From the NCBI GenBank assembly GCA_019358915.1, contig JAHHIM010000001.1, positions 96,001-160,000 on the forward strand: a stretch of 64,000 nt of DNA, written 5' to 3'. The notes under the pieces were generated by a model. That model searched no databases, was not told the DNA's origin, and saw only the letters and a list, made by a program, of their open reading frames with translations. Source of the stretch: Trichormus sp. ATA11-4-KO1. GTDB taxonomy: Bacteria; Cyanobacteriota; Cyanobacteriia; Cyanobacteriales; Nostocaceae. Below are positions 32,030 to 40,373 of this stretch, piece by piece. Position numbers and translations under genes: made by a program. Position 1 is the stretch's first letter. Each line of letters opens with the position of its first letter.

Positions 32030-32059
32030 GTTGAATAAGTCTGACCTTATAGCAATTTT
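32030..32059 (+). promoter_or_regulatory. PAM-flanked partial protospacer for the mini-array spacer
   Basis: GTT followed by GAATAAGTCTGaccttatagc: spacer positions 1-11, 14-17, 19 and 21 match. Confidence 0.8.
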
Positions 32060-32068
32060 AGAAATTGC

Positions 32069-32097
32069 TTGACAAGAGGTTTCGTTTTATGTAGCTT
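32069..32097 (+). promoter_or_regulatory. sigma70-type promoter for the wHTH gene and possibly the TA-cas operon
   Basis: TTGACA-N17-TAGCTT; SD AGGAG before the ATG at 32188. Confidence 0.7.
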
Positions 32098-32187
32098 CAG
32101 ATTATACAAATCAGTGAAGCTCAGAGATATAACAAGAATTTGGGCGGCTATAGCTGTATGTCAAAAGTTGTAAATTAGGAGAATACT

Positions 32188-32385
32188 ATGCTTGTCAAAT
32201 CGACAAACCTTGAGAAATTAATTGTACTTCTCAAGGATGGTAAATGGCATTCGAGCGATGAATTAGCAGCAAAGGTTAGTTTTCGATTTGGACACACTGT
32301 GTTTGAAGCTCGCAAGAAAGGCTACTTTGTTGAAACAAGGCAAGTTGCTCATAACCAATTTCAGTATCGGTTGTTAGCAGCGTAA
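32188..32385 (+). CDS. small winged-HTH protein (65 aa)
   Basis: LLKDGKWHSSDELA..ARKKGYFVET...YRL pattern of a HTH_11-like wHTH; strong SD. Confidence 0.8.
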   Translation: MLVKSTNLEKLIVLLKDGKWHSSDELAAKVSFRFGHTVFEARKKGYFVETRQVAHNQFQYRLLAA

Positions 32386-32403
32386 CCGATTCGATAGCTT
32401 ATC

Positions 32404-32604
32404 AGGGAATTTCTCTAGCTAAATTAGAGAATTCCCTTACAAGAGGGAAGCACAAGCTTGCGGTATTAAGCTCAGGCGTAAGCAGTCTTCATCCCCAACA
32501 GCTTGGCTGATGGTTGAGTAAGCCACTTAGAAGGCCACATCTTAAGACAGTAAGTTTTAGTCCAGCTTCCCTCTTTAGAAATTCTGCCACCAATGGTGGC
32601 AGAA
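32404..32604. other. structured non-coding segment (hairpin, 135-nt IR-closed domain, hairpin)
   Basis: Hairpin 32404-32437; AAGAGGGAAGC (32441) pairs with GCTTCCCTCTT (32575); hairpin TTCTGCCACC-AAT-GGTGGCAGAA 32582-32604. Confidence 0.55.
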
Positions 32605-32679
32605 ACTTGAATTAACATTGGAACTTACAAAATTAGTATCTAATTAATTAATTTATTCACCCAACTGGAGAATGAGCAA

Positions 32680-33132
32680 ATGCAAAATAATAACCCAACA
32701 ATTGCAGAACTTACAGAACTTTCCTTACAACTACCTGAAAAAATACCTTACTTAAAAATGTTAGTCCTCTTTGGTTCTAGAGCTACTGGTAATACACACG
32801 CAAATAGTGACTGGGATTTTGCTATTTTGTGTGATGAAGAACAGCGTCAGGCTTACACGGAAAATAATATTGGGGGTTTGTTTGAATTACCTATGCTGAT
32901 TGGCGAAGTATTGAAAATTAATTCTGACCATATTGATATTGTACAACTTAATCATTGTTCCGAATTAATAGCACATTTTGTTGCTCGTGATGGTCAGGTT
33001 TTATATGAGGATGAGGTGAAAGAATTTGATAAATTTAAACAAAAAGTATTACTGAGTAATTCAGACATCAAAAAAATTGAACATACTAAACGCAAAAATA
33101 TTGAACAGTTTCTAGCAAGATGGGGTGTATGA
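32680..33132 (+). CDS. mntA: MNT minimal nucleotidyltransferase antitoxin
   Basis: LFGSRATG...SDWDFA (GSx10DxD) and IDIV. Confidence 0.92.
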   Translation: MQNNNPTIAELTELSLQLPEKIPYLKMLVLFGSRATGNTHANSDWDFAILCDEEQRQAYTENNIGGLFELPMLIGEVLKINSDHIDIVQLNHCSELIAHFVARDGQVLYEDEVKEFDKFKQKVLLSNSDIKKIEHTKRKNIEQFLARWGV

Positions 33133-33572
33133 AAAATATAGATACTGTAATTATTTCAACTCGATTAGAGTTTATTGTTCGTTACCTTGAGAATTTGAAG
33201 AGATTCGAGGCGATTAGTTGGGATGATTACGTAAATAGCTTTGATACTCAACTAATTATTGAAAGGCTTCTACAATTAATGACTCAAGCGGCGATAGATA
33301 TCAACGACCATATATTGTCAAAGCTAAATCCTGGAAAGTCGCCAACTAACTTTGAGGCTTTTATTGAAATTGGTAAATATGGTGTCATTTCAACCGAATT
33401 AGCAGCACAATTGGCACCATCAGGAGGATTAAGAAATCGGCTGGTTCATGAATATGACGATATAGATCCAACAGAAGTTTTTAAAGCAATTAGTTTCGCG
33501 TTACAACAATATCCGCTTTACGTGCGGCAAATAAATACTTATTTAATTTCATTGGATGTAGATAATGACTAA
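33129..33572 (+). CDS. hepT: HEPN (DUF86) RNase toxin
   Basis: RNRLVHEY (RX4H plus Tyr); ATGA overlap with the MNT stop. Confidence 0.92.
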   Translation: MKNIDTVIISTRLEFIVRYLENLKRFEAISWDDYVNSFDTQLIIERLLQLMTQAAIDINDHILSKLNPGKSPTNFEAFIEIGKYGVISTELAAQLAPSGGLRNRLVHEYDDIDPTEVFKAISFALQQYPLYVRQINTYLISLDVDND

Positions 33573-36500
33573 AGAAACAAACCCCAAGGAAGAAAATCAA
33601 CAAGTATCTTTGTTTGAAAATAATACTGAAGAAGCGGAAGAATTAGAAGATAATTTCTTAAATCAAGACTTTGGCTTTGATGGTGATTCTTCAGACCGTA
33701 CTATTGAAACTGAAGGCGAATTACTCACACTCAAACTATTGCGAGAGGCAATTCAGGCGCAAAATGCTGATGATCAAGTAATGGCAGATTTTGCCGAGTA
33801 TGTTTTACCAAACTTGCTACGAATAGCCCTTGGTGTCACGGCTAAAGGAGGTAAATTTTTTGATGAAATTGACCAACAACGAGAAGCAGAAGGTAAAACT
33901 AAAGTTAGGCGAGATAATGCAGCTGATCAATCTCTAAATACTCACTTACTCAACGGTTTATTTCCCGCTAACTTAATTGAAAAGCGTTTAGAAAAACTCA
34001 ATACCACAGTGCGGCGAGTGGTGAAAGAAAGAGAACGCCGATTAGTAATTGCTGGGTTTATTTTACATGATTTTGAAAAATTTCCTGATGCACCAGAAGA
34101 TTGTCGTAAGTTACCGTTAGCAGAACATCGTCAAATTATTGATCAAAAAGTTCGCCAGTTAGGACTTGATAAGTTTATTAACCCAGATAATTCAGAAGCT
34201 TATCTGGAGTATTTAGATGATTTGTTGTGCATGGCTTATAATGCTCAACGACGCTGGGATACTAACTGGAATTTTTCGGAATTTGGCTTAAATCCTGTTT
34301 TGAAAGACCGCACCCTTCGCAGTCTGTCTGATTTAACTTGTTTGGCTGATTCTCTCGCCTCAATTGTTAAGCATCCCCAAGATGCAGAAAATACCAGACT
34401 CCAAGAAATTATCCATAATCTGAGTGATGGACAGTTGAAATTTACCTATCACAGCATTGCTGAAAATAGGGGTGTTTTAACTAATGTAGTGAATAATGCT
34501 TTAATTCAGACTCATACCAGTCTCAACACTGATGAAAATATCTACTATGAACCTTTGTTATATCTGCCAACAGGTGTAATTTATCTGGCTTTGCGTAATG
34601 CGCCGCCTATTGCACAAGAAGACTTATCAGACCGTGTAGTTGATAGTATTAAATCACTTTGTGCAGGTCAATTGCGTCTCAGACAAACAGGATTTGGTAG
34701 AGATGGCAAAGGTATGAAATATGCCGAATATTACAATTTATTTTTTGATGACTTAGGTTTAATGCGAGTAGCGTTAGATGCTACATTACGTGTATTAAAT
34801 TCTAATAAGCCTTCGGTTGCTCAAAGTCGTAGTGAAAATCTGATTAAATTTCAGCAACGAAAGGTTTTATCTGCTGATTATGACTTTAAATTTGCAGATG
34901 ATATCCGCATCGACCAAATAGCAGAATTTGGTGATTTAATTAGTAGGAAGATTTGGGAAGAGACTGTTAATCGCATTGACTCTGCTAGGAAGCAAGATAA
35001 AAAACTACCAGCAGTCCCAGATTTAGATTTAACTCACAAAATTGCAGAGTTTTGGAATTTATCAGCATATTTACCCCCAATTCGAGAAATTCAACGCATT
35101 AATGAAAGTCTCAAAGAAAATAAGTTAAAAGGAAATACTGGCGGAGTACCTTATGAATGGTATTACCTTGCGGCTAAATATCTGGAACGTCATCCTGGTA
35201 TTGAAAATGTCCGCGACTCTTGTCAGCAAGTCATCGATTACTTAACAACTTTGATTTCGCCGATTATTTCTCAGTACAACTTACCTGATGGCTGGGATGA
35301 TTTAAGGCTGTGGGTAAATCGCGTTGTGATGTTACCAAATACAAATCAAGAATTAGCAACTGAAACTCAAATTCAAACATTTTTAGATGAGCTAAGTAAC
35401 TACAATGCTGCCAAAAAACCAGGACGAGGACGGCAACTCATTTGCTCAATTTCTCACTCAGCTTACACTGTAACTGAGCAAATGGAATCAGCAGTTTTAT
35501 TTACGCCGCAAGTTTATACAAATAAGCAAATGTTAGGAGGTTCCAATGCCAAGCGTAACATCTCCAGTATTGCTGGTGTGGAGATGATGTTGAGGCAAAT
35601 ATTGATGAATCAAACTCAAGCAGTTGGTAAACGATTTGAAGATGGCAAATATCGCTATCTCTATTTTTACCCTACTTATTACTTCACACCAGAAACTAAT
35701 AAGTTTTTGCAGAAAGCTTACAACGGCATTGCTCAAACTCGCTTTGATACAAGCGTCCGTAATCATTTCATTAGTAAGGATTTACAGGCAAATTTAGCCA
35801 GAGAAAATTATCAAAGTGTAGATAGTTTCTTAATTGACGAAAATCTCCAGGCTGATAAAGACCGCACATTTAAGCTTTCTTATCCTGAAGACCAGCCTTT
35901 AACATTTTACTTCATGGCACTGCCACCAGGAAGAGACAGCACAGATACAGAATCTTGGGTAATGCCTAGTTGGTTAGCCTTTGCTTTCCCGATGATTTTA
36001 GACGTGAAAACAGTGGTTTCTGAGTCGCCAATTCCACCTTTTAATGATGGTTCTGAGTTTGAGGAAAGCGTTTTCTTAGATAGTGCGCCTCATGCTTTCC
36101 GTGCATTGGTAAGACGAGACAGATTTCGTCTTGACTACATCCTTGAAGGTTGGCAAGAAAACGGTATTCAATACCCTGCACCGTTGAATGTGCTTACAGC
36201 CGCCTACGCCATTCACTTAGATGTGAATGCTAGACAAGGTAAAACTGGTTACGATGCCAACTGGGGTAGATTCACAGAACTAGCAAAGGATTTTGAAACC
36301 AGTCCTTTGTACGTTTTCGCTTATCTCAATCGTTGGGTGCGTAACCAAGGAGTGGAAACAGCGCGAATCGAAAAAGTTAGGCTTTATGTCTATCATTTTT
36401 ACCCTTGTTTTGACCCCTATGTTAAATATGAAAAAAATATGGAGCAATTAATTGTGGGAGAAGAATCACACCTGAATCATCCAAAAATTTTAACAGATTT

Positions 36501-36903
36501 ATACCGCCGATTTTATCGGGCAAATAAGCGTTATAATCCCAAATCTAATGCTGTTTTAAAACCCATTGATATTGCAGCCGAAACTATTCTTAAAGCTGAA
36601 TCAAGTGTATTTCAAGGAGAAACATTAGTGGCGGCTGTAGCTGCGGAAGTCTTTAAACTCATGGATCGCGTTCATTCTTCTACTGCTGAGGGACGTTGGG
36701 TAATGAGTAAACGTGAAGAAGAACGGCAAGCTGTTTTAGAGTTTGCTAAATATTTTGTACAGGAGGTATTTGAGAAATCATTTGCAGGCGATCGCGCTCG
36801 TTTAGCAGGTCGCCAACTTAACTTAATTCGAGATACTTGTGAATTTCTTTATCGGCTTGAAGATGACAAAGAAAACGCAGAAAAAGTTGTAGAAACCGAA
36901 TAA
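33565..36903 (+). CDS. cas10d: type I-D large subunit Cas10d/Csc3 with N-terminal HD nuclease
   Basis: DQSLNTHLLNG..ILHDFEK HD motif; 1112 aa; operon context. Confidence 0.95.
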   Translation: MTKETNPKEENQQVSLFENNTEEAEELEDNFLNQDFGFDGDSSDRTIETEGELLTLKLLREAIQAQNADDQVMADFAEYVLPNLLRIALGVTAKGGKFFDEIDQQREAEGKTKVRRDNAADQSLNTHLLNGLFPANLIEKRLEKLNTTVRRVVKERERRLVIAGFILHDFEKFPDAPEDCRKLPLAEHRQIIDQKVRQLGLDKFINPDNSEAYLEYLDDLLCMAYNAQRRWDTNWNFSEFGLNPVLKDRTLRSLSDLTCLADSLASIVKHPQDAENTRLQEIIHNLSDGQLKFTYHSIAENRGVLTNVVNNALIQTHTSLNTDENIYYEPLLYLPTGVIYLALRNAPPIAQEDLSDRVVDSIKSLCAGQLRLRQTGFGRDGKGMKYAEYYNLFFDDLGLMRVALDATLRVLNSNKPSVAQSRSENLIKFQQRKVLSADYDFKFADDIRIDQIAEFGDLISRKIWEETVNRIDSARKQDKKLPAVPDLDLTHKIAEFWNLSAYLPPIREIQRINESLKENKLKGNTGGVPYEWYYLAAKYLERHPGIENVRDSCQQVIDYLTTLISPIISQYNLPDGWDDLRLWVNRVVMLPNTNQELATETQIQTFLDELSNYNAAKKPGRGRQLICSISHSAYTVTEQMESAVLFTPQVYTNKQMLGGSNAKRNISSIAGVEMMLRQILMNQTQAVGKRFEDGKYRYLYFYPTYYFTPETNKFLQKAYNGIAQTRFDTSVRNHFISKDLQANLARENYQSVDSFLIDENLQADKDRTFKLSYPEDQPLTFYFMALPPGRDSTDTESWVMPSWLAFAFPMILDVKTVVSESPIPPFNDGSEFEESVFLDSAPHAFRALVRRDRFRLDYILEGWQENGIQYPAPLNVLTAAYAIHLDVNARQGKTGYDANWGRFTELAKDFETSPLYVFAYLNRWVRNQGVETARIEKVRLYVYHFYPCFDPYVKYEKNMEQLIVGEESHLNHPKILTDLYRRFYRANKRYNPKSNAVLKPIDIAAETILKAESSVFQGETLVAAVAAEVFKLMDRVHSSTAEGRWVMSKREEERQAVLEFAKYFVQEVFEKSFAGDRARLAGRQLNLIRDTCEFLYRLEDDKENAEKVVETE
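36454..36903 (+). CDS. cas11d: Cas11d small subunit from internal translation start (149 aa)
   Basis: In-frame GTG 9 nt after GGAG, just before LTDLYRRFYR; internal Cas11d translation is established for type I-D. Confidence 0.6.
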   Translation: MGEESHLNHPKILTDLYRRFYRANKRYNPKSNAVLKPIDIAAETILKAESSVFQGETLVAAVAAEVFKLMDRVHSSTAEGRWVMSKREEERQAVLEFAKYFVQEVFEKSFAGDRARLAGRQLNLIRDTCEFLYRLEDDKENAEKVVETE

Positions 36904-36962
36904 GTAAATCTTTTATTTTGGTAAACGCAAACCAATAGTAAATCATTCATTGGAGACTAATT

Positions 36963-37973
36963 ATGTCATTTCTCAAAACAGTTGAATCCAAATTTTTTCA
37001 ATCTAAAATTCCCTACAAACCAATGGGTAAATATGTCCATTTTATCACTGTACGCATCACTGAATCTTATCCTCTATTTCAAACAGATGGAGAATTAAAT
37101 AAAGCCAGAGTGAGGGCTGGAGTTCAAGACAAAGCAACAATTAGCCGTTTGTCAATGTTTAAGCGCAAACAGTCTACACCAGAGCGTTTAGTTGGTCGGG
37201 AATTGTTGCGTAACTATGGCTTGATGACTGCGGAAGAATGCGAATATAATGTCAATTTTGCCATGGATAATCCTGATTGTATTATTTACGGTTTTGCTAT
37301 TGGTGATTCTGGTTCGGAAAAATCTAAGGTTGTAGTAGACACCGCATTTTCAATTACCGCTTTTGACGAATCACACGAAACTTTCACTCTTAACGCTCCC
37401 TATGAGAATGGCACAATGGCTTCTAAGGGTGAAAATGGTTCTAAACCTGGTGAAGTTACCAGTCGCATTAATCAGCAAGACCATATTAGACCACAAGTTT
37501 TCTTCCCTAGTATTGTTACCCTCAAAGACCCCACTGAAGCTAGCTTCCTTTACGTTTTTAATAATATCCTCAGAACGCGCCACTATGGAGCGCAAACTAC
37601 CCGTACAGGTCGTGTGAGAAATGAGTTAATTGGTGTTGTATTTGCAGATGGAGAAATTACTAGTAACCTGCGTTGGACTCAAGCAATATATGACCAAATG
37701 AAGGCACAAAAGACAATCAATCCTCCTGATCCTTTGGATGAAGATGATGTAATTACTGCTGCTAAAGGTGCAATTGAGGCTTTAATGGCTGATGAGTTTA
37801 TTGTGCATACTGATTTCATCGGTGAAGCTTTTTCACCTCTGCTGCATGAAGTTAAGAGCCTCGTAGGTGACGAAACAGGAATTAAGGCAGTTTTAGAAAA
37901 AGCTGATGCAGAGGCTAAAGATTATGCCAATACACATATTAGCAAAAAGAAAACTGCTGCTAAGGCTAAGTAA
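36963..37973 (+). CDS. csc2: Cas7/Csc2 backbone subunit
   Basis: FKRKQSTPERLVGRELLR, PDCIIYGFAIG, YGAQTTRTG. Confidence 0.95.
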   Translation: MSFLKTVESKFFQSKIPYKPMGKYVHFITVRITESYPLFQTDGELNKARVRAGVQDKATISRLSMFKRKQSTPERLVGRELLRNYGLMTAEECEYNVNFAMDNPDCIIYGFAIGDSGSEKSKVVVDTAFSITAFDESHETFTLNAPYENGTMASKGENGSKPGEVTSRINQQDHIRPQVFFPSIVTLKDPTEASFLYVFNNILRTRHYGAQTTRTGRVRNELIGVVFADGEITSNLRWTQAIYDQMKAQKTINPPDPLDEDDVITAAKGAIEALMADEFIVHTDFIGEAFSPLLHEVKSLVGDETGIKAVLEKADAEAKDYANTHISKKKTAAKAK

Positions 37974-37978
37974 CAGCT

Positions 37979-38686
37979 ATGGCTATGATCTACCGATGTC
38001 AATTAGAACTACATGACAGCCTATATTTTGCTACTCGTGAAATCGGGCGACTTTACGAAACAGAGCCAGTAATTCATAATTATGCTCTCTGTTATGCACT
38101 CGGTTTAGTTGATAGCGAAGTCTACTCTACTATAGTGGCTGAAGAACATTCCTATCGCTATTTTTGCCCTGAACAAGTGCCAAAATATGAGGAGCATTTA
38201 ACACCACTCAATCAACAGGGAATTTACATTACTCCGGCTCGTTCTATCAAACATTCAGCCATTCTCAATACCTGGAAGTATGCTAACAATAACTACCATG
38301 TTGAAATGGAGAAAACACAGAAGAATATTCCTAGCTTTGGTAGAGCAAAAGAAATAGCACCAGAAAGTCAATTTGAGTTTTTCGTTATTTCTCAAAAAGA
38401 CATCAAACTACCAAAGTGGATTCGCTTGGGTAAATGGATGAGTAAGGCTGAGGTGACAGTTACAGAATTGCCGAAACCTAAAACTAATGGAGGAATCTTC
38501 ACCTGTAAACATCCCTTAAACCCTTTAGATGTGATGTTCACTCATCAAGTGATTAGTTACGATGTAGTGAATATGCCTCCAGTTAGTCTAATTCAAAATG
38601 TGCAAATTAGAGGAGAATATTACCAGTTTGATGCTTTAAAAGACTTAAAAATTCCAGCGAGAATGGAATACCGTTTTCGTAGTTAA
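37979..38686 (+). CDS. csc1: Cas5/Csc1
   Basis: LHDSLYFATRE, HNYALCYALG, WIRLGKWMSK. Confidence 0.95.
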   Translation: MAMIYRCQLELHDSLYFATREIGRLYETEPVIHNYALCYALGLVDSEVYSTIVAEEHSYRYFCPEQVPKYEEHLTPLNQQGIYITPARSIKHSAILNTWKYANNNYHVEMEKTQKNIPSFGRAKEIAPESQFEFFVISQKDIKLPKWIRLGKWMSKAEVTVTELPKPKTNGGIFTCKHPLNPLDVMFTHQVISYDVVNMPPVSLIQNVQIRGEYYQFDALKDLKIPARMEYRFRS

Positions 38687-38718
38687 TTACAATTGCTAGA
38701 TTACTCCCCACATCCATC

Positions 38719-39330
38719 GTGAAATACTATCAACAACAACCCAACGCCTTCCCCAGCGACTACTTAAATAACTTGTGGGGAGTAATCCAGGCTTGTCCTT
38801 ACTTTGCTACCAACAACCTTAACCGTGATTTTGTCGCCACTAAAGGATTTTCTGTTGTATTCAAACGATCGCACATCCCCACAGTAGAACAAAAATTCCC
38901 TTACTTCAAGCCATACCTAGATTTAGCTCTCCAAGAGAGTTGTAATGCTTTTTACCTCAATCCTTTACAGCTAAAAGAAGGTTCCCGTGTAGATCCGCAC
39001 ATTGATCGCTCTTTGCGTTCTTACTGCAAAACGGTTGAACCGCCTGCGGTTGTCAGTGTTCTGTATGTGCGATTACCAGAGAATATGGAAGGGGGAGAAC
39101 TACTACTCAAGTCGCACAAACGCCAACTTGGGGAAATTAAGCCACAAGTAAATACATTACTCTACTTTCAAGGTGATTTAACCCACTCCGTCAACGCCGT
39201 GAAAACACCAGGAAATCGCCTGAGTTTGGTTTGTGAACAGTATAGTTTAAGTAATGCTGAACTCGCAGAAATACCAGAGTTTACCATCGAATCAAGAATT
39301 GCTCAATCTACAACAAAAAAACGCAAGTAA
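38719..39330 (+). CDS. 2OG-Fe(II) oxygenase inside the cas operon
   Basis: PHID, GGELLL, LTHSV, RLSLV (HxD...H...RxS). Confidence 0.88.
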   Translation: MKYYQQQPNAFPSDYLNNLWGVIQACPYFATNNLNRDFVATKGFSVVFKRSHIPTVEQKFPYFKPYLDLALQESCNAFYLNPLQLKEGSRVDPHIDRSLRSYCKTVEPPAVVSVLYVRLPENMEGGELLLKSHKRQLGEIKPQVNTLLYFQGDLTHSVNAVKTPGNRLSLVCEQYSLSNAELAEIPEFTIESRIAQSTTKKRK

Positions 39331-39360
39331 TTTCTTGAATTTTTAATTTTTAATTGTTAT

Positions 39361-40200
39361 ATGCCTCATAGCCTTATTCTTAACTTACTCCCTCAGTCGC
39401 CTATTCCATCCCAATATCTCACAGGCAGACATCTACACGCTTTATTTTTAACTCTTGTCAGTTCCGTAGATCGAAAATTAGGCGATCGCTTGCATGATGC
39501 TACCGCAGACAAAGCTTTCACCCTCTCTCCCCTACAAATTAGTAGCGCTAACTCTCCCCTTTTGAAGGGGGGTAGGGGGGGATGTAAACTACAACACTCA
39601 CATCAGCAACCCATTCCAGTCGGAACGCCTTGTTGGTGGCGCATCTCCCTATTAGATGACACACTCTTTAGCCAACTTACCCAACTGTGGCTCAATCTTA
39701 ACCCTAATCATCCTTGGCATCTTGGCCCGGCTGACTTGTATATTACCAGCATTCAAGGTACACCCCAATCTACTCAACCTTGGGCAAATGCCTGTAGCTA
39801 TGCTCAATTATACGAACAAGCCAGCGATCGCGATCGCACAATTGACCTTATATTCTCCACTCCCACTGCCTTCCGCCAAGGAAAATTTGACACTACTCTT
39901 CCCACTAGAGAATGTGTTTTTAATTCTCTAGTTTCCCGATGGAATAAATACAGTGGTATGGAATTTGACCACATTGCTATTGAGTCAATATTTCCCTCTT
40001 TCATCAACATACATACAGAAATATTAGCCGACTCTCGCAGCAAATTTATTGGCATTATCGGAGAAGTTAGTTATCGGATTTTAGGAGAAATTGAACCAAT
40101 ACAAATTAAGCAAATTAATGCTTTAGCTGACTTTGTTTTATATGCAGGAATTGGACGAAAAACCACAATGGGTATGGGGATGGTGCGACGGCGACATTAA
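39361..40200 (+). CDS. cas6: Cas6 crRNA endoribonuclease
   Basis: GRHLHALF, FTLSPL, C-terminal G-loop YAGIGRKTTMGMG. Confidence 0.96.
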   Translation: MPHSLILNLLPQSPIPSQYLTGRHLHALFLTLVSSVDRKLGDRLHDATADKAFTLSPLQISSANSPLLKGGRGGCKLQHSHQQPIPVGTPCWWRISLLDDTLFSQLTQLWLNLNPNHPWHLGPADLYITSIQGTPQSTQPWANACSYAQLYEQASDRDRTIDLIFSTPTAFRQGKFDTTLPTRECVFNSLVSRWNKYSGMEFDHIAIESIFPSFINIHTEILADSRSKFIGIIGEVSYRILGEIEPIQIKQINALADFVLYAGIGRKTTMGMGMVRRRH

Positions 40201-40229
40201 CCACAACTTCAACTCAATTATGCAAAATA

Positions 40230-40361
40230 CTGACTAAATTTAAGCATCCCGTCATGCAAAAACAACATACCTATCAAGAATCATTTGAAATTCAAGGCCG
40301 TCTGCTAGCTAAATATCTCATGGGAGAAATTGACAAATATCCCCCATTAGTCATGAAATAA
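40230..40361 (+). pseudogene. cas1: 3' remnant of cas1 (cas4 and most of cas1 deleted)
   Basis: Frame LTKFKHPVMQKQHTYQESFEIQGRLLAKYLMGEIDKYPPLVMK* resembles cyanobacterial I-D Cas1 C-termini and sits directly before cas2. Confidence 0.85.
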
Positions 40362-40373
40362 TTAGTCAATTCT

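Noticed and set aside
32398..32408. CTTATCAGGGA and ATTGGAAC (32617) resembling CRISPR repeat fragments
   Set aside because: Only 8-11 nt, with no intact repeat hairpin plus handle; likely chance
32441..32575. Retron msr-msd or cobalamin/SAM riboswitch interpretation
   Set aside because: No reverse transcriptase in the window and core riboswitch motifs are missing
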